Below, piece after piece: positions 9,985 to 18,177 of a stretch of DNA of 64,000 bases. Source of the DNA: Bacillota bacterium (GTDB taxonomy: Bacteria > Bacillota > Clostridia > Christensenellales > UMGS416); NCBI GenBank assembly GCA_023410875.1, contig JAEYPH010000043.1, positions 19,096 to 83,095 on the forward strand, written 5' to 3'. Below the pieces are notes generated by a model, which saw only the letters and a list, made by a program, of their open reading frames with translations, was not told the DNA's origin and searched no databases. Each line of letters starts with the position of its first letter. Positions within the stretch are counted from its first letter, which is position 1. The position numbers were made by a program, and so were the translations under genes.

Positions 9985-10704
9985 ATGGCGAAGAGGCTTA
10001 AGGTCATCGCTTGCAAGGTCCTGATGCGCGAACTCTATTGGGTGGCCGCGCGCACGCCGAACATCGTGGACATCGCCTGGAAAAAGCAGGCGCTGCACAA
10101 CACGCCGGACTTGCTGCGCGCATCGGTGCAGGCTGCCATCGACGAGGCCGAGGCCGAGGAAGAGCAGTACGACGCCATCTTGCTGGGTTACGGCCTGTGC
10201 AGCAACGGCATCGTGGGCCTGACCAGCCGCAAGACACCGCTGGTTATCCCCCGCGGGCACGATTGCATCACTTTTTTGCTGGGCTCCAAGGAGCGGTACC
10301 GCGACATTTTCGACAGCTACAGCGGCGGCATCTACTGGTATTCGCCGGGATGGATCGAGCATTCGCTGCAGCCGGGCAAAGAGCGCTACGAACGCGCCTA
10401 TCAGGAATACGCCGACAAGTACGGCGAAGACAACGCCCAATACTTGATGGACATGGAACAAAACTGGATGAAGGAATACCGCTGCGCGCTGTACATCGAT
10501 TGGCCGGCGCTGCACCGGGACGACTATGACCGCTACACGCGGGAGTGCGCGGACTTCCTGAAGTGGGAATACCGCAGCGAGCAGGGAACGCCCGATCTGC
10601 TGCAGGATTTCATGGATGGCAACTGGTCAGATGACCGCTTCCTCATCGTGCAGCCCGGCCAGACGGTGCAACCGTCCTTTGAAGCCGGCGTGATAAGGGT
10701 GTAG
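9985..10704 (+). CDS. DUF1638 domain protein
   Basis: MAKRLKVIACKVLMRELY...ILLGYGLCSNGIVGL...IPRGHDCITFLLGS matches my memory of DUF1638. I used the internal Met11 of ORF 9955..10704. Confidence 0.65.
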   Translation: MAKRLKVIACKVLMRELYWVAARTPNIVDIAWKKQALHNTPDLLRASVQAAIDEAEAEEEQYDAILLGYGLCSNGIVGLTSRKTPLVIPRGHDCITFLLGSKERYRDIFDSYSGGIYWYSPGWIEHSLQPGKERYERAYQEYADKYGEDNAQYLMDMEQNWMKEYRCALYIDWPALHRDDYDRYTRECADFLKWEYRSEQGTPDLLQDFMDGNWSDDRFLIVQPGQTVQPSFEAGVIRV

Positions 10705-10706
10705 CC

Positions 10707-11867
10707 ATGAGCATTGTGCTTGGGAAAGGAAGAGTCAGAACCTTCAAAGCGCCACCCGAGCACTGGAGAAGGCAGCTGGTCAAGCTGCCGTGGCTGTTGC
10801 TGCTGCCGCTGGCGCAACTCTTTAAGGAGCTGGGCGACGCCCATCACGAAATCGTCGAGACTGTCTATTCCCGTGGCATCTACCCCGTTCTATCACAGAT
10901 CATCAACTTCGTGTTCAAATGGGTGCCAACATCGATGGCAGAGCTGATTCTGTACGGCGGCTCAGCGGGCATCGTCGTTTATGTGCTCGTGCAGCTGTGG
11001 CGCATCGCCGTGAAAAAGGAGCGGCTGCTGCGCGCTTTTCGCCTGGCCGTCAACCTTTCGCTGGTCGCCTGCTTGGGCTATTTCCTGTTCGTGGCACTGT
11101 GGGGGCTCAACTACTACCGCCAGCCGCTGGCGCAGACGCTGGATTACCCGGTGACGCCGCGCTCGCTCATCGAGCTCAAGGCGCTGTGCACCTCTCTGGC
11201 CGACGATGCCAACCGCCTGCGCGCGCAGGTGCCCGAGACCGAACGGGGCCATCTGAGCTTAACCGGCGGCAAGGCCGCGACGCTGAAAAAGGTGCCGGAA
11301 GCGTATCACGCGCTCAGCCAGAGCTATCCGCTGTTCTCCGCCCGCTATGGATCGCCCAAGCCGGTGCTCTTAAGCCGCCAAATGTCATACACAGAAACCC
11401 AGGGCATCTTCATCCCCTTCACGATGGAGCCCAACGTCAACACGGATATGCCCGACGCGTTCTTCGGCTCCACCGCCTGCCACGAGGAGGCGCATCTCTA
11501 CGGCTTTGCCCGCGAGGACGAGGCCAATTTCATCAGCTATCTGGCTTGCATGGCATCTGATGATCCGCAGTTGCAGTATTCCGGCACGCTGCTGGCGCTG
11601 GTGACCTCCATGAATGCCCTGTGCGGCCACAGCTCCGAGGCCTATTGGCAGATATCCGACACCTACAGCGACGGCGTGAAACGCGACCTGTGGAACCACG
11701 ACGCCTATTGGGATCAATTCAAAGGGCCGGTGGCAGAGGCATCCACCAGCATGAACAACACGTACTTAAAGAGCAACAAGCAAGCCGACGGCGTGATGAG
11801 CTATGGCCGCATGGTGGATCTGCTTCTGGCCATGCGGGCCAAGCACGTACAATTGGAAGGAAACTAG
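10707..11867 (+). CDS. DUF3810 family membrane protein (putative Zn-metalloprotease, HEEAH motif)
   Basis: 386-aa ORF with N-terminal TM helices. The GIFIPFTMEPNVN...ACHEEAHLYGFAREDEANFISYLAC block is characteristic of DUF3810. Confidence 0.7.
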   Translation: MSIVLGKGRVRTFKAPPEHWRRQLVKLPWLLLLPLAQLFKELGDAHHEIVETVYSRGIYPVLSQIINFVFKWVPTSMAELILYGGSAGIVVYVLVQLWRIAVKKERLLRAFRLAVNLSLVACLGYFLFVALWGLNYYRQPLAQTLDYPVTPRSLIELKALCTSLADDANRLRAQVPETERGHLSLTGGKAATLKKVPEAYHALSQSYPLFSARYGSPKPVLLSRQMSYTETQGIFIPFTMEPNVNTDMPDAFFGSTACHEEAHLYGFAREDEANFISYLACMASDDPQLQYSGTLLALVTSMNALCGHSSEAYWQISDTYSDGVKRDLWNHDAYWDQFKGPVAEASTSMNNTYLKSNKQADGVMSYGRMVDLLLAMRAKHVQLEGN

Positions 11868-11888
11868 AGACCCTCTTGAGAAACGACA

Positions 11889-11916
11889 AGAGCGCCCGGC
11901 ATCTGCCGGGCGCTCT
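11889..11916. terminator. Bidirectional terminator hairpin between the DUF3810 gene and hydA
   Basis: AGAGCGCCCGGC-ATCT-GCCGGGCGCTCT, a 12-bp GC-rich stem between convergent genes. The U-tracts are weak. Confidence 0.55.
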
Positions 11917-11929
11917 GCGTTGTACGGTT

Positions 11930-13681
11930 TTACTTCTTCTCATCCACAAGATACTTAATGCGCTTCTTGTAGTGGGTGTGCAGCAGCTCGTGCGCCTTGT
12001 GGCCGCCGGGCTCGCCCAGGAACTCCTTGTAAATCTTCGTGATGGAGGGGTTCTCGTGGCTCTTGCGCAGCGGCAGGCTCTCGTCCTCGGCATACACTGC
12101 CTTGGCACGTTCTTTACGTACGTCGGTGTGGAATTTCACCTCATCGCTGACCAGAGGCTGTCCGCCGCCGGTCACGCAGCCGCCGGGGCAGGCCATGATC
12201 TCGATGAAGTCGTACTGCTTCTCGCCGCTGCGGATGCTCTCCAGCAGCTTCTTGGCGTTGCCGGTGCCATGGGCCACGGCCACGCGCACGTCCAGATCGC
12301 CGAGCTTCACAGTGGCTTCCTTGATGCCCTGAGTGCCGCGGACCGACTCGAACTCCACCTTCTCCAGCGGCTTGCCGGTGACGACCTCGGCCACGGTGCG
12401 CAGCGCCGCTTCCATAACGCCGCCGGTGGCGCCGAAGATGACGGCCGCGCCGGTGGAATCGCCGAAGATGTCGTCAAAGTTGCCGTCGGGCAGGCGCACA
12501 AAGTCGATGTTGGCCTGGCGGATCATGCGGGCCAGCTCGCGGGTCGTGATGGAGATGTCTACATCGGCGTAGCCGGTGGAGGAAAGCTCGGGCCGGGCGG
12601 CTTCGAACTTCTTGGCCGTGCAGGGCATCACGCTTACGACGACGATGTCCGCCGGGTCGATGCCGTTCATTTCGGCATAGTAGCTCTTGAGCACTGCGCC
12701 GGTCATCTGCTGGGGGCTCTTGCACGTGGAAAGGTTGTCCAGAAAATCCGGGAAGAAATGCTCGGCGTATTTGACCCAGCCGGGGCTGCAGCTGGTGATC
12801 AGCGGCAGCTTGCCGCCTTCCTTGATCCTGTGCAGCAGTTCGGTGCCCTCTTCCATGATGGTCAGGTCCGCGCCGAAATCGGTGTCGAACACCTTGTCAA
12901 AGCCCAGGCGGCGCAGCGCTGTGGCCATCTTGCCGGTCACACGGCTGCCCATGGGCATGCCGAATTCCTCGCCCAGCGCCACGCGTACGGCCGGCGCCGT
13001 CTCCACCAACACATGCTTGTTGGGGTCCGAGAGCGCCTCCCACACGCTGGCGGTGTCGTCCTTCTCGTAAATGGCTCCTACCGGGCAGGCCTGGATGCAC
13101 TGGCCGCAGTTGATGCAGGGCACCTCGCCCAGGCTCTTCTCGAAAGCTGGGGCCACGATCGTATCGAAGCCGCGCTCGGTGGCGCCGATGACGCTGACCT
13201 GCTGGATATCCTGACACGCGGCGATGCAGCGGCGGCACAGCACGCACTTGTTGGCGTCGCGCACGATGGACGGCGAGGAAGTGTCCTTCTTATAATTTTT
13301 GGAGGCGCCGGTGAAGTGCAGCTCTTCCACGCCCAGCTCGCTGGACAGGCGCTGCAGCTCGCACTTGCCGCTGCGGATGCAGGTCAGACAGGTCTTCTCA
13401 TGGTTGGAGAGAATGAGCTCCAGGTTGGTCTTGCGGGCCTGCTTGACCAGCGGCGTGTTGGTCTTGACGTCCATACCGTTTTCCGCCGGGAGCATGCAGG
13501 AGGCCATGATGCGGTTGCCCAGCGCCACGACGCAGATGCGGCAAGCGCCGGTGCAGCTGACATCCTTCAGATAGCACAGCGTGGGGATATAAACGCCGAT
13601 CTGGCGCGCGGCCTCCAGCACGGTGGTGCCGCGGGGCACCTCCACCTTGATGCCGTCTATTGTCAAAGTTACGTTTTCCAT
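11930..13681 (-). CDS. hydA: [FeFe]-hydrogenase catalytic subunit HydA (group A, HydABC type)
   Basis: 583 aa. It has an N-terminal 2Fe-2S and 4Fe-4S ferredoxin region (TLCYLKDVSCTGACRICVV, CIRSGKCELQ, CVLCRRCIAAC, CINCGQCIQAC). H-cluster motifs are TSCSPGW (L1 variant), MPCTAKKFE (L2) and EIMACPGGCVTGGGQP (L3). Confidence 0.93.
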   Translation of the reverse strand: MENVTLTIDGIKVEVPRGTTVLEAARQIGVYIPTLCYLKDVSCTGACRICVVALGNRIMASCMLPAENGMDVKTNTPLVKQARKTNLELILSNHEKTCLTCIRSGKCELQRLSSELGVEELHFTGASKNYKKDTSSPSIVRDANKCVLCRRCIAACQDIQQVSVIGATERGFDTIVAPAFEKSLGEVPCINCGQCIQACPVGAIYEKDDTASVWEALSDPNKHVLVETAPAVRVALGEEFGMPMGSRVTGKMATALRRLGFDKVFDTDFGADLTIMEEGTELLHRIKEGGKLPLITSCSPGWVKYAEHFFPDFLDNLSTCKSPQQMTGAVLKSYYAEMNGIDPADIVVVSVMPCTAKKFEAARPELSSTGYADVDISITTRELARMIRQANIDFVRLPDGNFDDIFGDSTGAAVIFGATGGVMEAALRTVAEVVTGKPLEKVEFESVRGTQGIKEATVKLGDLDVRVAVAHGTGNAKKLLESIRSGEKQYDFIEIMACPGGCVTGGGQPLVSDEVKFHTDVRKERAKAVYAEDESLPLRKSHENPSITKIYKEFLGEPGGHKAHELLHTHYKKRIKYLVDEKK

Positions 13682-13696
13682 CGGTCACACGCTCCC

Positions 13697-15487
13697 TTAC
13701 TTCTTCGAAATGGCCTTGAACCGGCAGGCGTCCATGCACGCGCCGCACTTGATGCACTTGCTCTGGTCGATCAGGTGCTTGGCCTTGCGCTCGCCGGAAA
13801 TGGCGTTGGTCGGGCAGTTGCGCGCGCACAGACCGCAGCCGATGCACTTGTCGTCGATCACAAAGCTCAGCAGAGCCTTGCAATGGCCGGCAGGGCAGCG
13901 CTTCTCGCGGATGTGGGCCTCGTACTCGCCGCGGAAATACTTGATCGTGGACAGCACCGGGTTGGGCGCGGTCATGCCTAGATTGCACAGCGCGGTCTTC
14001 TGTATACTCTGACCCAGCGCTTCCAGCGCTTCAATGTCGCCTTCCTTGCCGCGGCCTTCCACGATGCGCTCCAGAATCTCCAACATGCGCTTGGTGCCGA
14101 TGCGGCACGGCACGCACTTGCCGCAGCTCTCGTCCACGGTGAAATCCAGGAAGAAGCGGGCGATGTCCACCATGCAGGTGTCCTCGTCCATGACGATCAG
14201 ACCGCCGGAGCCCATCATGGAGCCGATGGCCATCAGCGATTCATAATCGATGGGTGTGTCCAGATACTGCGGCGGGATGCAGCCGCCGGAAGGACCGCCG
14301 GTCTGCGCGGCCTTGAACTTCTTGCCGCCGGGGATGCCGCCGCCGATCTCATAGATGATCTCGCGCAGCGTGGTGCCCATGGGCACTTCCACGAGGCCGG
14401 TGTTGACGATCTTGCCGCCCAACGCGAAAACCTTGGTGCCCTTGGATTTCTCGGTGCCGATGGACGCGAACCACTGGGGACCGTTGATGATGATCTGCGG
14501 GATGTTGGCCAGCGTCTCCACGTTGTTGATGACCGTGGGCTTGCCGAACACACCCTTGTTGGCCGGGAACGGCGGCTTGGGCCGCGGCTCGCCGCGATGG
14601 CCTTCGATGGAGGCCAGCAGCGCGGTTTCTTCACCGCACACGAAGGCACCGGCGCCCAGGCGCAGGTCGATGTCAAAGTTGAAGCCCGTGCCGAAAATGT
14701 CCGTTCCCAACAGGCCGTACTCGCGGGCCTGCTTGATCGCGATGTTCAGGCGCTGCACAGCGATCGGGTACTCGGCACGCACGTAGATATAACCCTGGTC
14801 GGCGCCGATGCAATAGCCGGCGATGGCCATGGCTTCCAGCACGGCGTGGGGGTCGCCTTCCAGTACGGAACGGTCCATGAAGGCGCCGGGGTCGCCTTCG
14901 TCGGCGTTGCATACGACGTACTTTTTATCGCTGACAGGCTTGCTGGCGAATTCCCACTTCTGCCCGCAGGAGAAGCCCGCGCCTCCGCGGCCGCGCAGGC
15001 CGGATTCCTTCATAAGGTCGATGACCTGCTTGGGCGTCATCTCGGTGAGCACTTTTGCCAGCGCCTTGTAGCCGTCCAGTGCGATGTATTCCTCGATGTT
15101 CTCCGGATCGATCACGCCGCAGTTGCGCAGCGCAATGCGCATCTGCTTGCGATAAAAGCCGATGTCATCCAGCGAGTTGGCCTCGTGGGTCGCGGCTACG
15201 TCCTTATAAATCAGGCGATCGACCAGGCGACCCTTGATCAGGTGCTCCTCGACGATTTCGTCCACGTCATCCACTTTGACTTTGCTGTAGAAAGCGCCCT
15301 CGGGATACACGATGACGACCGGGCCGCTCTCGCACAGGCCGAAGCAGCCGGTGCGCACGATCTTGACCTCGTCCTGCAAGTTCTTTTCCTTGATCAATGC
15401 CTCAAAACGGTTGTGAATATACAGCGAGCTGGCCGACGTGCAGCCCGTGCCGCCGCATACCAGCACATGTGCCCTGTGAAATACCAT
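13697..15487 (-). CDS. hydB: NADH-binding flavoprotein subunit HydB (NuoF-like)
   Basis: 596 aa. N-terminal thioredoxin-like 2Fe-2S region (HVLVCGGTGC). NuoF core with GRGGAGFSCGQKW, ADEGDPGAF and ESCGKCVPCR. C-terminal 2x[4Fe-4S] region (CIGCGLCARNCP, CIKCGACMDAC). Confidence 0.93.
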   Translation of the reverse strand: MVFHRAHVLVCGGTGCTSASSLYIHNRFEALIKEKNLQDEVKIVRTGCFGLCESGPVVIVYPEGAFYSKVKVDDVDEIVEEHLIKGRLVDRLIYKDVAATHEANSLDDIGFYRKQMRIALRNCGVIDPENIEEYIALDGYKALAKVLTEMTPKQVIDLMKESGLRGRGGAGFSCGQKWEFASKPVSDKKYVVCNADEGDPGAFMDRSVLEGDPHAVLEAMAIAGYCIGADQGYIYVRAEYPIAVQRLNIAIKQAREYGLLGTDIFGTGFNFDIDLRLGAGAFVCGEETALLASIEGHRGEPRPKPPFPANKGVFGKPTVINNVETLANIPQIIINGPQWFASIGTEKSKGTKVFALGGKIVNTGLVEVPMGTTLREIIYEIGGGIPGGKKFKAAQTGGPSGGCIPPQYLDTPIDYESLMAIGSMMGSGGLIVMDEDTCMVDIARFFLDFTVDESCGKCVPCRIGTKRMLEILERIVEGRGKEGDIEALEALGQSIQKTALCNLGMTAPNPVLSTIKYFRGEYEAHIREKRCPAGHCKALLSFVIDDKCIGCGLCARNCPTNAISGERKAKHLIDQSKCIKCGACMDACRFKAISKK

Positions 15488-15513
15488 AGTCCTTCCCCCT
15501 ATCCTGCGCTTGC

Positions 15514-15894
15514 TTACGCTTTTACTTCTTCATAATGGCCGATCGTGTATTCGCGCACCGGCTTGCCGTTGACGATGTGCTCCGCGACGATGCGCGACAC
15601 CATCTCCGGGCCGACCTTCACATAGGTCACCTTGTCCTCGCCGGGGCGGTAAACCTCCACGATGGGCTCCAGGCGGCACACGCCGATGCAGCCGGTCTGT
15701 GACACGGTCACGTCGGCCAGGCTGCGCTTGGCCACTTCGTCCATCATCGCCAGCAGCACAGGGCGTGCGCCGGCGGCGATGCCGCATGTGGCCATGCCCA
15801 CGACGATGCGGGTGCCGGTGCCGCGGTCACGGCGGATGTTGACGGTTTCCAGAGCTCTTTTGCGGATGGCTTCCAGTTCCTGTACGCTCTTCAT
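15514..15894 (-). CDS. Thioredoxin-like [2Fe-2S] ferredoxin (HydD/HndB-like small subunit)
   Basis: MKSVQELEAIRKRA...IVVGMATCGIAAGA...SQTGCIGVCRLEPIV. Its start at 15894 overlaps the upstream stop in an ATGA arrangement. Confidence 0.75.
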   Translation of the reverse strand: MKSVQELEAIRKRALETVNIRRDRGTGTRIVVGMATCGIAAGARPVLLAMMDEVAKRSLADVTVSQTGCIGVCRLEPIVEVYRPGEDKVTYVKVGPEMVSRIVAEHIVNGKPVREYTIGHYEEVKA

Positions 15895-16445
15895 GCTTGC
15901 GATCCTCCATGCAAATCGTTCTCGCCTTCCAACAGGCACTCTTTGATCCATTGGGCCACTTCCGGCAGATCCAGCGGCACATCGCCCAGCGCTGTGCGGA
16001 TATCTTCAGTGCTAAACTCGAATTTGCGGCCATTCACGCTGTGGTTCAGGCGGAAGTCCAGTTCCGGGTTGGCGCTCACCAGCAGAAACACCGTGGCTGC
16101 CAGGTCTCCCAGGGGCCGGCGGTCGATGTGCCCCAGACGGTAGCTGCCCTCCAGCGTGGTTCCTTGCCCTGGCTGTGAGCTTAGCCGAAAGGCGCCGCCG
16201 CATTGCAGGCAGCCTTCGCGGAACATCGGGATGCCCAGGCCCACCTTCCTCGTGCTGCGGCTGGTCACAAACGGGTCCTGCACCCGCTGGGCCTGTTCGA
16301 CGCTCATACCGCAGCCGTCATCGGCAATGCGCACCGTGAGCAAGTCTTCTGCGCTGCTCTCCTCCACATCGATACGGATGTGCCGCGCGCCGGCGGTGAT
16401 GGCGTTCTGCGCCAGGTCGAGGATGTGCAGCGATATCTCGGTCAT
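15891..16445 (-). CDS. Stand-alone GHKL (histidine-kinase-like) ATPase domain protein embedded in the hydrogenase operon
   Basis: Has an N-box (HILDLAQNAITAG), a G1 box (DDGCGM) and a G2 box (KVGLGIPM). There is no DHp/phospho-acceptor His domain and no TM segment. Confidence 0.75.
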   Translation of the reverse strand: MTEISLHILDLAQNAITAGARHIRIDVEESSAEDLLTVRIADDGCGMSVEQAQRVQDPFVTSRSTRKVGLGIPMFREGCLQCGGAFRLSSQPGQGTTLEGSYRLGHIDRRPLGDLAATVFLLVSANPELDFRLNHSVNGRKFEFSTEDIRTALGDVPLDLPEVAQWIKECLLEGENDLHGGSQA

Positions 16446-16448
16446 GCC

Positions 16449-16922
16449 TTACTTGTATTTGGCGAGAATGCCCGGCACCTCGTCAGCGGTCAGTCGTCCG
16501 TAGACGTCGTCACCCACCATGAGCACCGGAGCCAGACCGCAGCAGCCCAGGCAGCGGGTCTGCAGCAGCGTGAACTTGCCGTCGGGCGTCGTTTTGCCGG
16601 GCTTCACCTTCAACTCCTGAGCCAGGCGGTCCAGTACCTTTTCGGAACCCTTGACGTAGCAGGCCGTGCCCATGCACACGCTGATGACGTGCTCGCCGTT
16701 GCCTTCCAGCGTGAACTGTGAGTAGAAAGTCGCCACGCCGTAAATTTCGGTCAGCGGGATGTTCAGGCCTTCGGAAATGCGCACCTGCACCTCGATGGGC
16801 AGGAAGCCGAAAATCTCCTGAGCCGCCTGCATGACCGGCATCAACGGGCCATCGGTGTGCTGATAGCTTGCGATGACCGCGTCAAGCTTGTCGAATTTTT
16901 CTTTTTCCTTGCGAACGTCCAT
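16449..16922 (-). CDS. hydC: NuoE-like [2Fe-2S] subunit HydC
   Basis: 157 aa. Sequence ...SVCMGTACYVKGSEKVL...LQTRCLGCCGLAPVLMV shows the thioredoxin-like NuoE Cys pattern. It is the first gene of the hyd structural operon. Confidence 0.9.
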   Translation of the reverse strand: MDVRKEKEKFDKLDAVIASYQHTDGPLMPVMQAAQEIFGFLPIEVQVRISEGLNIPLTEIYGVATFYSQFTLEGNGEHVISVCMGTACYVKGSEKVLDRLAQELKVKPGKTTPDGKFTLLQTRCLGCCGLAPVLMVGDDVYGRLTADEVPGILAKYK

Positions 16923-16973
16923 TCCAGGTCCCCCTTCTATGTTTGGAAGCTTTTCCGAACAATATGAACGGGC

Positions 16974-16991
16974 TTGTTAATTTCTTAACAT
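16974..16991. promoter_or_regulatory. Candidate Rex (redox-sensing repressor) operator upstream of hydC
   Basis: TTGTTAATTTCTTAACAT matches the clostridial Rex consensus TTGTTAA-N4-TTAACAA at 17 of 18 positions. It lies 52-69 nt upstream of the hydC start and just downstream of a TGTTAAAAT extended -10 (minus strand, 17004-17012). Confidence 0.5.
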
Positions 16992-17143
16992 TCCCGCTTT
17001 GTTATTTTAACATATTACGCGTTTATTTGCACCTGTTTTTTGCACAAGTTCGATAAAAGTTTCACGAGCAGAAACTGTGAAGTTCCACTAAAAAATGTAC
17101 CGGAATCACAATTTCGAGTAAAATGGTCGGCTTTAGCGGCCAA

Positions 17144-17833
17144 TCAGGACTGCCGCAGCAGTTCGTTCAATATGTCTGGTATGCTGGCTGTGGCCGTACA
17201 AAGCGGAAAGCCGAACTCCAAAATGTCTTGCAACCGATGAGCATCGGACGAACGAATAGGACGGTACTGTGGATCAAGTTCGGGTTTTTGCGTAACCTCC
17301 ATAACCCGCGCGTGCAGACCCGGCGGAATGAAGCCCAGATTGGCCAGCAAGCTGCTTTCACCGCGGTCGATGTGGGCGGGAACCAGCACGCCGCCGCGGG
17401 CCTTGGCCTCGCGCTCTACCGCCTCCAGCGGCAGCGCCACCGCCTGCAGCAGCCAGCGCGGGCATTCCCCCGCCGGCGCGTCGTCGGCGTCCACGATGAT
17501 CTGCCGGCCAAAAAAATCCGAACGATTGCGCACGAAACTTTGGTTCTGCTCCAGCAGCACGCAGAAATCCTGTAGCGCATCCAGAGCCGGGAAATAGCAT
17601 AGCGCGTGGATTTCCTCCTGCGTGGTGACCTCCACGCCGGGCAGAAACAACAGGCCGAAATCGGAACAGGCCTGAGCACAAACCCCGCTGTTGGCACAGG
17701 CGTTGTGGTCGGTCACGGAAATGGCGTCCAAACCCCGCAGGCTGGCCATCGCGGCGATGTTGTATGGGGTCATGTCGTCGTCGGCACAGGGCGAAAGGCA
17801 GGAGTGGATGTGCAAATCCACGTGGAGCGTCAT
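17144..17833 (-). CDS. PHP-domain phosphoesterase
   Basis: MTLHVDLHIHSCLSPCADDDMTPYNIAAMASLRGLDAISVTDHN is a canonical PHP N-terminus. It overlaps the upstream DRTGG gene by 4 nt. Confidence 0.8.
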   Translation of the reverse strand: MTLHVDLHIHSCLSPCADDDMTPYNIAAMASLRGLDAISVTDHNACANSGVCAQACSDFGLLFLPGVEVTTQEEIHALCYFPALDALQDFCVLLEQNQSFVRNRSDFFGRQIIVDADDAPAGECPRWLLQAVALPLEAVEREAKARGGVLVPAHIDRGESSLLANLGFIPPGLHARVMEVTQKPELDPQYRPIRSSDAHRLQDILEFGFPLCTATASIPDILNELLRQS

Positions 17834-18168
17834 TTCCCGATCCCCAATGCGTACAGCATACCGCTGAGCTCATAACCTGAGCGTGGCGAACAGAGCACCG
17901 CGATGCCCTCGTCGGCGGCCTTCTTGAGCACGTCCGGGGGCATGGCGCAACCCTCGGCCAGAAGGATACAGGCGAACTCGTGCAGCGAGGCCACCGCGAC
18001 GACGTTCATATGGGTCTGCACGGTGATCCATGCCATGCCGGCGCTACCGCGGGCCATCACCCAGCTCAGCAGATCGCAGCATATGCCGCCGGTGATGGGC
18101 CGGTCGGTGGGAGCGTCAGGCGTTAACAGCGTAAATTCACCGGTGTCGAAAAGTTCCTTGAGCGTCAT
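17830..18168 (-). CDS. DRTGG domain protein
   Basis: 112 aa. ...ITGGICCDLLSWVMARGSAGMAWITVQTHMNVVAVASLHEFACILLAEG...GIAVLCSP resembles the DRTGG small regulatory fold found next to sensory hydrogenases. Confidence 0.7.
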   Translation of the reverse strand: MTLKELFDTGEFTLLTPDAPTDRPITGGICCDLLSWVMARGSAGMAWITVQTHMNVVAVASLHEFACILLAEGCAMPPDVLKKAADEGIAVLCSPRSGYELSGMLYALGIGK

Positions 18169-18177
18169 GGGTCCTCC

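Noticed and set aside
11621-13981. 786-aa plus-strand ORF across the DUF3810 3' end, hydA and hydB
   Set aside because: It is antisense to hydA and hydB, has low-complexity high-GC translation, and spans a terminator. It is a shadow ORF.
17001-17015. Second Rex-like half-site pair, TTGTTATTTTAACAT, near the hydC promoter
   Set aside because: The spacing between the half-sites is 3 nt too short for the TTGTTAA-N4-TTAACAA architecture. The sequence largely coincides with the predicted extended -10.
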